Assembly (NCBI GenBank): GCA_035550795.1
Contig: DASZOL010000017.1
Coordinates: 5,113-69,112 of the forward strand
Reading direction: 5' to 3'
DNA from: Candidatus Methylomirabilota bacterium
Lineage (GTDB): Bacteria; Methylomirabilota; Methylomirabilia; Rokubacteriales; DASRDR01
Length of the DNA: 64,000 nt
The position numbers and the translations under genes are program-made. The notes below the pieces were generated by a model that saw nothing but the letters and a program-made list of their open reading frames with translations, was not told where the DNA came from and did not search any database. Positions 1 to 8,165 of the stretch are shown here, in pieces (position 1 is the stretch's first letter; each line of letters starts with the position of its first letter).

Positions 1-117
1 GAGATCGTCCCGCTTGACGGCGAGCTCGAGCCCTAGGGCCTCTCCGAGCCGTGGCAAAGGCTGGACCGGCGTGGGCGAGGCGGCGAGCCGGATCCGGCCG
101 GGCAGCGCGGCAGTCAT
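1..117 (-). CDS. PLP-dependent D-cysteine desulfhydrase / ACC-deaminase family protein, first 39 codons only (gene runs off the left edge)
   Basis: Hand translation of the minus strand from ATG at 117 gives MTAALPGRIRLAASPTPVQPLPRLGEALGLELAVKRDDL, open through position 1. It resembles the N-terminal PTPL..LPR(L/F)S..LG..I.IKRDD block of DcyD/ACC-deaminase family enzymes. Absent from the ORF track because it is short and partial. Confidence 0.5.
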   Translation of the reverse strand, partial: MTAALPGRIRLAASPTPVQPLPRLGEALGLELAVKRDDL

Positions 118-152
118 CGATGTCAGCCTACCGGACCATGGGCGCCGTCACC

Positions 153-185
153 AAAAAAGACCGGCCCGGGTTCGTGACCCGGGCC
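153..185 (-). terminator. Rho-independent terminator downstream of the 211..567 gene
   Basis: Perfect 9-bp GC stem ggcccgggt (163-171) / acccgggcc (177-185) with a 5-nt loop. On the minus strand it is followed by a T6 run (plus-strand A-run 153-158). Lies 26 nt after the TAA stop at 211-213. Confidence 0.75.
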
Positions 186-210
186 CGGCGTCAGCAGGTG
201 GTCAGGGGGG

Positions 211-567
211 TTACCGGCAGGCCTGCGCCCAGTAGCCCGGCACCCACTGGTATCCGTTCCAGTAGGTGCTGACCCAGTAGCTCGAGCACACGGGGGCGGG
301 CTGATAGACCACCGGAGGAGGCACCGGCTGGTACACGACCGGGGGCGCGGCGTAGACGCGGGGCGCAAAGATGCTGCCCACGACGATCCCGGTCACGGCG
401 CCCACCGCAAGCCCGGGCCAGAAGTAGCTATGCCCGGAGTGGTGATACCCGTGTCCACCGCGATTCCAGTGGCGACCGCCTGCCTCCGCCACCTGGGGGA
501 TTACCACGACGGTGGCCAGCAAACCGGCAATGAGAACTGCCGCGATCACCGTCCTCATGAGCGTCAT
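211..567 (-). CDS. small secreted/envelope protein, His/Gly-rich with PPVVYQP tandem repeat and Trp/Tyr-rich C-terminus (function unknown)
   Basis: ORF track 118 aa. SD GAGGAGG sits 6 nt upstream of the ATG. Signal peptide MTLMRTVIAAVLIAGLLATVVVIPQVAEA, His-rich GGRHWNRGGHGYHHSGHSY, glycine-zipper-like GLAVGAVTGIVVGS, repeat PPVVYQPVP/PPVVYQPAP, and C-terminus CSSYWVSTYWNGYQWVPGYWAQAC. An intrinsic terminator follows. Confidence 0.6.
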   Translation of the reverse strand: MTLMRTVIAAVLIAGLLATVVVIPQVAEAGGRHWNRGGHGYHHSGHSYFWPGLAVGAVTGIVVGSIFAPRVYAAPPVVYQPVPPPVVYQPAPVCSSYWVSTYWNGYQWVPGYWAQACR

Positions 568-654
568 CTTGGTCCTCCTCTGTTGCCGCGTTCGACGGAC
601 GCCCGGGAAACCATATTCCGGGGGACCGAGGAGGGAGTGTCCGCTGGTTGACAG

Positions 655-1068
655 TCAGGAGGCGCCGAGGACCTTCGCGGTTCGGTTCACGTCCCGGGCC
701 TTCACCCACAGGATCGCCCCGAATCGCCCCGCGCCGCCGATGACGGCGTCGCTCGCGGTGATGTTGATCCGGGCCGCGGCCAGCTTCTCGTAGAGGTCGG
801 CCATCACCCCGGTACGGTCGTCTCCCTCGATGAGGAAGCCCACCTTGGGTCCCGTGACCTTCCACTTGGCCTGCCGGGCGGCCGCCCGGAAGGCGGCCGG
901 GTCCTCCGGGACGAAGTCGAGCTGGGCCCGCTTGCCGGCCGGGAACCCGGAGAAGGCCAGGAGGTTGACCCCCGCGCGCTGGAGCGTCCGGAGAGCGCCG
1001 GCCCCTTCCCCGGGCTTGTCGGGCGCCATCACGTAGAAGTACTGCACCCGCCGGATGCGCTCAGCCAT
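655..1068 (-). CDS. ACT-domain-like small-molecule-binding protein (function unknown)
   Basis: ORF track 655..1101. Start moved to the internal ATG (MAERIRRVQYFYV...), giving 137 aa. The two beta-alpha-beta-beta-alpha-beta-like halves (YFYVMAPDKPGEGAGALRTLQRAGVNL ; FLIEGDDRTGVMADLYEKLAAARINI) are typical of tandem ACT-like domains. The assignment rests on pattern only. Confidence 0.5.
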   Translation of the reverse strand: MAERIRRVQYFYVMAPDKPGEGAGALRTLQRAGVNLLAFSGFPAGKRAQLDFVPEDPAAFRAAARQAKWKVTGPKVGFLIEGDDRTGVMADLYEKLAAARINITASDAVIGGAGRFGAILWVKARDVNRTAKVLGAS

Positions 1069-1205
1069 TGGGCACCTCCCTGCCGCCTTCGGCGACGCCA
1101 TGCTTGACTGGAACCGCGAATCGCGACGCCACGGTACGCGACCCTCCGCGGCGCCGTCAAGGCGCGGAGCCGCCGCGGGCGAGCGCCCATGCTACGCTCG
1201 CGTCC

Positions 1206-1886
1206 ATGCGTCTGCTCCTGATCAGCAACTCGGGTCGCCCGTACCTCCGCCACTGTCGAGCCGAGCTGCTCGACTTCCTCGGGTCCGCGCGACGCGTGGG
1301 CTTCGTCACGGCGGCGTCCCTCGGCGACGAGCGCGCTTACTACGAGACGGCGCGCGAGGCCCTCGGGCCCGAGATCGCCCTCGAGCACTTCCGCTGGGAC
1401 GGAGACCCTCTCTCCGGCCTGGCCCGGGTCGATGCCGTGCTCGTCGGCGGCGGGAACACCTACGCCCTTCTGGAGCGCCTGCGCCAGTCCGCGCTGCTCG
1501 ACGCGATCCGGGAGCGCGTTCGCGAAGGCCTTCCCTACGTCGGCGTGAGCGCGGGCTCGAACGTGGCGGGGCCCAGCATCCTCACGACGAACGACTGGAA
1601 CGGGGTGGGGCTGACGGCGTTCGCGGCGCTGGATCTCGTTCCGTTCAACGTGAACCCGCACTATCTTGAGACGGATCCCGTCATGGCCCCCGGGAGCGAG
1701 ACCCGGGACATGCGCATCGCCGAGTACCACGTCGTGCGGGCCAATCCGGTCGTCGGGATCGAGGAGGGAACGGTTGTCCGGGTCGAGGTGGGCCTCGCCA
1801 CCATGCGAGGAGCCGGTCGGGTCAAGCTGTTCCGGCGCGGCCCGGCGCCTGCCTGGGTGCCATCAGGCGCCACCCTCCCGGGCTAG
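1206..1886 (+). CDS. pepE: dipeptidase E (peptidase family S51)
   Basis: Within ORF 1068..1886; start set at MRLLLISNSG (ATG 1206). PepE hallmarks: LLLISNS, VLVGGGNTYALL, GVSAGSNVAGPSI (Ser nucleophile), NPHY, ETRDMRIAEY. Confidence 0.8.
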   Translation: MRLLLISNSGRPYLRHCRAELLDFLGSARRVGFVTAASLGDERAYYETAREALGPEIALEHFRWDGDPLSGLARVDAVLVGGGNTYALLERLRQSALLDAIRERVREGLPYVGVSAGSNVAGPSILTTNDWNGVGLTAFAALDLVPFNVNPHYLETDPVMAPGSETRDMRIAEYHVVRANPVVGIEEGTVVRVEVGLATMRGAGRVKLFRRGPAPAWVPSGATLPG

Positions 1887-2005
1887 GCCGTCCGTCGGAG
1901 GTGGGCGTCCAGCGGCCAGGGTTGAACGCCCGGCCGCCTTCCCCCGTCCAACCGCCAGCGATCGAGACACGCGAGCGGGCGATCCCGCTCAGGGAGGTCG
2001 GGAAA

Positions 2006-2470
2006 ATGGCGAAGCGGCACGTGAAGTGGCCGTTGGCGAGCGTTCTGAGCGGCCTGGTCATGCTGGTCGGCGGCGCCACGCCGAGCGAGGCGCACGTGGC
2101 CCGCCGGATCACGCCGATCGAGAGGCCGGCGCTCCGCGAGCAGCTCGGACTGAGCGAGGACCAGGTCCAGGCGATCCGCGAGATCCATGCGCGTCACTGG
2201 CAGTCGATGCGCGAGACGGCGCGGACGCTCCGCGAGGCCCGGCGCGCGCTCCGTGAGATGGCCCTCGCCGAGGCGGACGACGCCGCCTTCACGGCCAAGG
2301 CCGCCGAGGTCCGCGAGCTGACGGGGCAGGTCCTCGAGGCGCGCGTCCGCACCCTGCAGGAGGTGGCCCGCATCCTCACGCCGGAGCAGCGGGAGAAGCT
2401 GCGGGAGCTCCGGCCTCTCCGTCCGCACCGGCAGCATCGCCCGCACCGGCCGGCGCCGCTCGCCGGCTAA
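2006..2470 (+). CDS. periplasmic Spy/CpxP-family (LTXXQ-motif) protein
   Basis: Within ORF 1901..2470; start at MAKRHVKW (ATG 2006) preceded by GGGAGG. Signal peptide ending SEA. All-helical, with LSEDQ and LTPEQREKL (LTXXQ) motifs. Confidence 0.7.
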   Translation: MAKRHVKWPLASVLSGLVMLVGGATPSEAHVARRITPIERPALREQLGLSEDQVQAIREIHARHWQSMRETARTLREARRALREMALAEADDAAFTAKAAEVRELTGQVLEARVRTLQEVARILTPEQREKLRELRPLRPHRQHRPHRPAPLAG

Positions 2471-2478
2471 GTTCCCAC

Positions 2479-2517
2479 GACTCGCCCGGGGACGGCGCCA
2501 CGCTCCCCGGGCGAGTC
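2479..2517. terminator. bidirectional GC hairpin between convergent genes (Spy-like / helicase)
   Basis: 14-bp perfect stem gactcgcccgggga (2479-2492) / tccccgggcgagtc (2504-2517) with an 11-nt loop. It sits between stop codons at 2468-2470 (+) and 2529-2531 (-). No U-tract. Confidence 0.6.
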
Positions 2518-2528
2518 CGACGCCGGGC

Positions 2529-5500
2529 TCAGACGTCGCGGCTCGCCGTGTACGGACAGATCTGGTTGTAGGCGCAGTAGCGGCAGGCCCGGTAGGACGG
2601 CGTGGCGGTGAACCGCCGCGCCCGGATCCCGGCCGCCGCGGTGCGCACGGCCTCGAGCGCCGTGGCCGCGTCGGCGTCCGTGGGCTCGTGCGCCCCGACC
2701 ACGCCCGACTCGAGGAACCGCAGCTCGACCCGCGCGGGAAGCCGCCCGAACATCTCGCGCCAGACGAGCGCGTAGATCTGCAGCTGGAGGCTGTCGGCCG
2801 CACGGTCGGCGGCACGCTCCGGCTCCCGCACGTCGGATGACTTATAGTCGACGATGACGGGGCCGGTCTCCGTCTCGTCGACCCGGTCCCACCGTCCGCG
2901 GATGCGGGTCGGCGCCTCGGCACCGGCGAGGCTCGCGCTGAACTCCCGCTCGACGAAGGTCGGGCGCGTCCCGGAGGCCTCCTCCGCGTGCCAGAAGCGC
3001 CGGATCGCCTCCCGGCCCGCCAGCTGTCGCGCCGCCTCGTGCGCCCAGGTGAGGAAGCCCTCGTTCCGCCACTCGCGCTCGTAAGTCTCGAGCAGTGCCT
3101 CGAGAGGCGTGTACAGGCCGGCGGCGCGCCGGCGCAGGTAGTGCTCGACGACCCGGTGGAGCGTTTCCCCGTACACGACCGTGTGGTGGCGGCGGATCGG
3201 GACCCGCAGGACGTGGACGTACCGGTACTTGAGCGGGCAGGTCTGATAGTCGTCGACCTGGCGGTGGCTGACCTCGAGGACGGCATCCGGGGCGAGGGCG
3301 GGCTCTCCCTCGCCCCCGCGCTCGGCCGGAGCGGCGAAGCCCCGGAGGTCCTCCAGCACCGTCGCCTTCGCGGGGCGGACGGCGTCCCGCGGAAGGTCGA
3401 GGGCCTCGAGCACGAACTGGCTCACCTTGCGTGTGCTGCGCCCTCCGTAGTCGCGCGCCGACGTGAGGTGGAGCGCCTCCTTCGCGCGGGTCATGGCCAC
3501 GTAGAAGAGCCGCCGCTCCTCCTGGAGGCGGAAGTCCGCCGACGAGGGACGGTCCCGCAGGAGCGCGTCCGGCAGCTCGAGGACCTCACCGCGGCTCGGC
3601 CAGGGGAACCGTCCCTGGACGAGGCCAACCACGAACACGACCGGGAACTCGAGCCCCTTGGCCTTGTGCACGGTGAGGACGCGCACGGCCGGCGCGTCGA
3701 CGTCCGCCTCGGCGACGGCCGGGTCCTCGCCCGCCTGCATCAGCGCGTCCAGGTGGCTGACGAACTCGCGGACGTGGTCCCGCGGCAGGACCCGGGTGGC
3801 GTCCTGGATCCGGCGGAAGAAGCGCGCAACGTTCTGGACCTCCGCTTCCTCGCGCGGCGTGCTCGCACGCGACATCCGGCCGAGCCAGCCGCTGTCCGTG
3901 AGGAACTGGTAGAGAAGCTCGCCGGTCCCGAGCTCCGCCCCGAGGCCGAGATACCGCTCCAGCTCCTTCACCAGGCGGCCGATCGCCTCCGCACCTTCGG
4001 CAGAGAGGGCCGCGCGAAGCTCGGGCGTCTGGTCCAGCCCGCGCAGCACGTCGAAGAGCCACCGGTTCCGGCGGTCCGCGTGGGCCCCGCAGCGCGCGAG
4101 ATCGACGGGAGGCACCGAGAAGAGCGGCGAGGCCGCCAGCGCGTAGAGACTTACCGAGTCATCCGGCTGAGCGAGGACCCGGAGGAACGCGATGCAGAGA
4201 CGCACTTCGGGGCGCGTGTAGAGACCCTGGTTGCCGGAGAAGGTCCAGGGGATGCCGCGCAGGTTGAGGGACCGTAGGAACGGATCGGCGTCGGCGTTGG
4301 CGCGGACGAGGATCGCGAAATCCCGGTAGGCGCGCCGGCCGGCTTCGACCTCCTCCTCGATCGTCCGCGCGACCGCATCGGCCTCCTGGGTGACGGTCTC
4401 GTACGAGTGGTGGAGCGCCTCCGGCCCCGGACCGCCCTCCGCCACGAGCCGCTTGCCGATTCCGCGGGCGGTCTCGAGGCGGTCCGGGTCGTTGTGGCGG
4501 ATCAGCCGGTAGGCCGCATCGAGCAGGCGCTGCCCCGAGCGGTAGTTCCGGACCAACACCACGCGGCGGGCATCGGGATACGCCGCGTCGAACCCGAGAA
4601 TGTTGCTCATCGACGCGCCGCGGAACCGGAAGATCGCCTGATCGTCGTCGCCCACGACCGTCACGTTCCGGTGCAGGGCGGCGAGGAGCTTCACCAGCTC
4701 GAACTGCGCGTGGTTCGTGTCCTGGAACTCATCGACCAGGATGTAGCGGAAGCGGCGCTGATACTTGGCGAGAACGTACGGCCGATCCCGCAGGAGGCGC
4801 AGCGCCAGGAAGATCTGGTCGCCGAAGTCGACGAAGCCCGCCCGGGCCATGAGATCGCGGTACGCCGCGTAGACGAGGGCCAGCTCGCGGGTCCGGATCG
4901 CGAGATCCCGCCGCTCGGCGTCGTCCGGATCGGCCGCCGCCTCGGCTGCGAGGGCATCCGCATGGGCCAGGTAGGCTTCCGGCGTGACATCCTCGTCCTT
5001 GGCACGCCCGAACAGCCCGGCGAGGGCCTGGAGGTGGCGCGTCGGGTCACCGAGCGGGCGGAAGTGGTCGAGCGGCAGCTCGAAGAGGCGCGTGCGGAGG
5101 AAGAGGACCTGCTCCGCGCGGTTGAGCACCCGGAAGGCCGGCGTGAGCCCGACCTCGAGGGCGTGCTCGCGCAGGAGCCAGTCGCCGAAGGCGTGGAACG
5201 TGGCGATGCGCACATCGGCATACCCGTAGGGGACGAGCACGTCGACGCGCTCCTCCATCTCCAGCGCAGCCTTGTCGGTGAAAGTGAGCGCGAGGATCTC
5301 CTCCGGTCGGGCCCGGCGCGACGCGATGAGATGGGCGATGCGGCGCGTGAGGACGGTGGTCTTGCCGGTCCCGGCGCCCGCCACGATCAGGAGCGGCCCT
5401 CGATCGTGGGTGACGGCGTCCGCCTGCGCCGGGTTCAGCCCGTCGAGGATTCGGGCGGCCGCGTCGCCCGTCGGGCCCGGGGGCGCGGTTCCGTCAGGCG

Positions 5501-5576
5501 TGCTGGGGCGGGACACGCCTGATCTTAGCCCCCGGGAGCGCCCCGGACAAGAGAACCGGAGGTAACCCTGGGCCAT
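2529..5576 (-). CDS. UvrD/PcrA-type superfamily-1 helicase fused to a C-terminal Fe-S PD-(D/E)XK (AddB/Cas4-like) nuclease domain
   Basis: ORF track 1015 aa. Helicase motifs: Walker A AGAGTGKTTV, ILVDEFQDTN, VGDDDQAIFRFRGA, TVHKAKGLEF, YVAMTRAK. The C-terminal domain has QTCPLKY...GRWDRVD...IVDYKSS...QLQIYAL...CRYCAYNQICP (C-Xn-CxxCx5C cluster ligands plus D/DxK/QxxxY nuclease motifs). The N-terminal ~40 aa are uncertain. Confidence 0.85.
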   Translation of the reverse strand: MAQGYLRFSCPGRSRGLRSGVSRPSTPDGTAPPGPTGDAAARILDGLNPAQADAVTHDRGPLLIVAGAGTGKTTVLTRRIAHLIASRRARPEEILALTFTDKAALEMEERVDVLVPYGYADVRIATFHAFGDWLLREHALEVGLTPAFRVLNRAEQVLFLRTRLFELPLDHFRPLGDPTRHLQALAGLFGRAKDEDVTPEAYLAHADALAAEAAADPDDAERRDLAIRTRELALVYAAYRDLMARAGFVDFGDQIFLALRLLRDRPYVLAKYQRRFRYILVDEFQDTNHAQFELVKLLAALHRNVTVVGDDDQAIFRFRGASMSNILGFDAAYPDARRVVLVRNYRSGQRLLDAAYRLIRHNDPDRLETARGIGKRLVAEGGPGPEALHHSYETVTQEADAVARTIEEEVEAGRRAYRDFAILVRANADADPFLRSLNLRGIPWTFSGNQGLYTRPEVRLCIAFLRVLAQPDDSVSLYALAASPLFSVPPVDLARCGAHADRRNRWLFDVLRGLDQTPELRAALSAEGAEAIGRLVKELERYLGLGAELGTGELLYQFLTDSGWLGRMSRASTPREEAEVQNVARFFRRIQDATRVLPRDHVREFVSHLDALMQAGEDPAVAEADVDAPAVRVLTVHKAKGLEFPVVFVVGLVQGRFPWPSRGEVLELPDALLRDRPSSADFRLQEERRLFYVAMTRAKEALHLTSARDYGGRSTRKVSQFVLEALDLPRDAVRPAKATVLEDLRGFAAPAERGGEGEPALAPDAVLEVSHRQVDDYQTCPLKYRYVHVLRVPIRRHHTVVYGETLHRVVEHYLRRRAAGLYTPLEALLETYEREWRNEGFLTWAHEAARQLAGREAIRRFWHAEEASGTRPTFVEREFSASLAGAEAPTRIRGRWDRVDETETGPVIVDYKSSDVREPERAADRAADSLQLQIYALVWREMFGRLPARVELRFLESGVVGAHEPTDADAATALEAVRTAAAGIRARRFTATPSYRACRYCAYNQICPYTASRDV

Positions 5577-5744
5577 GAGCTACGACGGAGACCGAGCACT
5601 GCCGGCAATCGGCGGGCGTACGGCCGTCATGCCGGATAGGTGGCGAGGCCGACGGCTCGGGCCGCGCCTCCCCGCCGCACATGCTGTCAATCCGACGAAT
5701 TCGGACGCCCGCTCATTTCGGTCGCCACAGGTACCGGCAGCCAC

Positions 5745-6461
5745 TCACAGCGCCACGTCGCCGAGGAAGATCCGCTTGACCTCGGGAGACTGGAGCAGGT
5801 CCGCCGCGCTGCCCTCGAGGAGGGTCCGGCCCGACTCGAGGATGTAACCGCGGTTGGCCAGCTTCAGGGCGAGCTCCACGTTCTGCTCGATGAAGACCAC
5901 CGCGATACCCTCCTCGTCGCGGATCCGCCGGATGACGCCGCCGATCTCCTGCACCACCCGGGGCGCCAGGCCGAGGAACGGCTCGTCGATCATGAGGAGT
6001 CGCGGGCGGGCCATCAGCCCGCGCGCGATCGCGACCATCTGCTGCTCTCCACCCGACAGGGTGTGGGCGAGCTGCGCGCGCCGGTGGCGCACGACCGGGA
6101 ATACGGCCTCGACCCGCGCCAGCGTCTCGGCCCGGCGCGTCCGCGCCCGGGCGTTGTGGGCGCCCAGCAGGACATTGTCGAGCACCGTGAGGAAGGGAAA
6201 CAGCCGCCGGCGCTCCAGCACGTGCGCGAGGCCCTCGGCGACCGTCCGGTGGGGTGGCAGGCCGTCGATGCGCCGGTCGAGGAACGTGATCCGGCCCCGG
6301 CGGGGCCGCAAGAGCCCCGAGATCGTGTTCATGAGCGTCGACTTGCCCGCGCCGTTCGGCCCGAGGAGGCAGACGATCTCGGCCTGCTCTACGTGGATGG
6401 CGACCTCCCAAAGGACCTGGAAGTCCCCGTAGGCCACGTCGAGCCCCTCGACCCTCAGCAC
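5745..6461 (-). CDS. livF: branched-chain amino acid ABC transporter ATP-binding protein
   Basis: ORF track 238 aa. Walker A GPNGAGKST, signature LSGGEQQM, Walker B LLMIDEP. Last gene of the liv-type operon. Confidence 0.9.
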   Translation of the reverse strand: MLRVEGLDVAYGDFQVLWEVAIHVEQAEIVCLLGPNGAGKSTLMNTISGLLRPRRGRITFLDRRIDGLPPHRTVAEGLAHVLERRRLFPFLTVLDNVLLGAHNARARTRRAETLARVEAVFPVVRHRRAQLAHTLSGGEQQMVAIARGLMARPRLLMIDEPFLGLAPRVVQEIGGVIRRIRDEEGIAVVFIEQNVELALKLANRGYILESGRTLLEGSAADLLQSPEVKRIFLGDVAL

Positions 6462-6471
6462 GGCCCCGCTC

Positions 6472-7194
6472 TCATTGCGCGTACGTCTGCCCGAGGTAGG
6501 CCTCGACCACCCGCCGATCGCGGGCGACGATCTCGGGCGGACCGTCCGCGATGACCTCGCCCAGGTAGAGCGCGAGGATGCGCTGAGCCACCGCGGTGAT
6601 CACGCGCATGTTGTGCTCGATGACGAGCACGGTGAGCCCGCCCTGGTGCAGCTCACGGATCAGCCGCACGAGTCCCGGGATGCTGCCCTGGTCGACGCCG
6701 CCGGTGACCTCGTCGAGGAGCAAGAGCCGCGGGCGCGTGGCCAGCGCGCGCGCGAGCTCGAGGCGCTTGCGCTGCCCGGTCGAGAGCGCGCGCGCGTGGG
6801 CGTCGGCCTTGTCGCCGAGTCCGACCCGCCCGAGGATCTCGCGTGCCTGCTCGCGCGCGTGGCGGACGTCCGGCGTCCGCGTCAGCGCGCCGACGACCAC
6901 GTTCTCGAGGACGCTCAGGCCCGGAAAGGGCCGGAGCTTCTGGAAGGTCCGGGCCACGCCGAGTCGGCAAACCCGGTCCGGGGTCAGACCGGTCAGGCGG
7001 GTGCCGTCGAGGTGCACCTCGCCGGAGTCCGGACGGTAGAAGCCGGTGATGATCTCGAAGAGGGTCGACTTCCCCGCGCCGTTCGGCCCGATGACGCCGA
7101 CCAGCTCCCCCGGCGTCACCTCGAACGACACGTCGCGATTGGCGACGACGCCGCCGAACCGCTTGGTGACGCCACGGACGGAGAGCAAGCTCAC
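6472..7194 (-). CDS. livG: branched-chain amino acid ABC transporter ATP-binding protein
   Basis: C-terminal 240 aa of track ORF 6472..8190; GTG start at 7194 (VSLLSVRGVTKRFGG). GPNGAGKSTLF, LSTGQRKRLE, LLLLDE. The start overlaps the livM stop by 4 nt. Confidence 0.9.
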   Translation of the reverse strand: MSLLSVRGVTKRFGGVVANRDVSFEVTPGELVGVIGPNGAGKSTLFEIITGFYRPDSGEVHLDGTRLTGLTPDRVCRLGVARTFQKLRPFPGLSVLENVVVGALTRTPDVRHAREQAREILGRVGLGDKADAHARALSTGQRKRLELARALATRPRLLLLDEVTGGVDQGSIPGLVRLIRELHQGGLTVLVIEHNMRVITAVAQRILALYLGEVIADGPPEIVARDRRVVEAYLGQTYAQ

Positions 7195-8165
7195 GACCGG
7201 GCCTCCGCGACGCCGCGGCGGCGGAGCCGCTCGCCAAGCCAGCCGACCAGCCCTTGCGGGACGAAACGGACCACGAGGACCAGGGCGCAGCCATAGATGA
7301 TGAGGTAGATCCCGACAAGGCCGGCGCCCGCCCCGCCGAAGCGTGCGCGCAGATACGTCTCGAGCGTGGTGATCAGGAGCGAGCCCAGGAAGGGGCCAAG
7401 GGCGGTGCCGATCCCCCCGATGATGGAGGCGAGGGCGAAGCGGACCGAGAGATCCACCGAGAAGACGTAGAACGGATCCACGAAGCCGACGTACTGCGCC
7501 CACAGCGTTCCGCAGGCCGCAGTGAGCGCAGCGCTCGCCGCGATCGCCAGGACCTTGAGCCGTCGCGCGGGGACGCCGAGGGAAAGCGCGGCGTCCTCGT
7601 CCTCCCGCACGGCCGCCAGCTGATAGCCCCAGCGCGAGCGCTCGAGGTACTGCCCGACGAGGTAGAGGAGCACTGCGAGCCCCAGGATCAGGTACACCCA
7701 GGCTGCCTTCCCGGCGATGCCCAGCGTCCAGAAGCCCGGCCGGAACGGCACCGGGATGCCCTCCGAGCCCTGGGTGAAGCCCCGCCAGCGGCTGGCGACG
7801 ATGAGCAGCACCTGCGTGAACGCGATGGTCGCGAGCACGAAGTAGGGACCGCGGAGCCGATTGCTCAGGTAGCCGATCACGAGTCCGGCCACGGTGGAGA
7901 GGAGAGCGCCGACGAGGAGCGCGATCCAGGGGGAGACGCCCCAGCGGGTCCCGAGCAGCGCCGCCGAGTAGGCGCCGAGGCCAAAGAACGCCGCGTGGCC
8001 GAGCGAGATCTGGCCCGCGTAGCCGCCGGCAATGTTCCACCCGGCCGACGTCGACCCCCACAGGAGAATGAGGATCAGGGCGTCCAGCAGGAATGCGTCG
8101 CGCACCCCGAGGGGAACCAGGGCGGCAAGGCCGAAGAAGCCGGCGGCGGCCGCCCAGCGCCCCAT
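7191..8165 (-). CDS. livM: branched-chain amino acid ABC transporter permease
   Basis: Within track ORF 7191..8567; ATG at 8165 (MGRWAAAAGFFGL) overlaps the livH TGA (ATGA). A polytopic membrane protein of the LivM type. Confidence 0.85.
   Translation of the reverse strand: MGRWAAAAGFFGLAALVPLGVRDAFLLDALILILLWGSTSAGWNIAGGYAGQISLGHAAFFGLGAYSAALLGTRWGVSPWIALLVGALLSTVAGLVIGYLSNRLRGPYFVLATIAFTQVLLIVASRWRGFTQGSEGIPVPFRPGFWTLGIAGKAAWVYLILGLAVLLYLVGQYLERSRWGYQLAAVREDEDAALSLGVPARRLKVLAIAASAALTAACGTLWAQYVGFVDPFYVFSVDLSVRFALASIIGGIGTALGPFLGSLLITTLETYLRARFGGAGAGLVGIYLIIYGCALVLVVRFVPQGLVGWLGERLRRRGVAEARS

Noticed and set aside
5577-5744. Perfect TTGACA on the minus strand and a GAATTC-centred palindrome (cgaattcg) upstream of the helicase gene, considered as a promoter/operator.
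   Set aside because: No acceptable -10 lies at 16-19 nt from the TTGACA. The palindrome is only 8 bp, within chance expectation.
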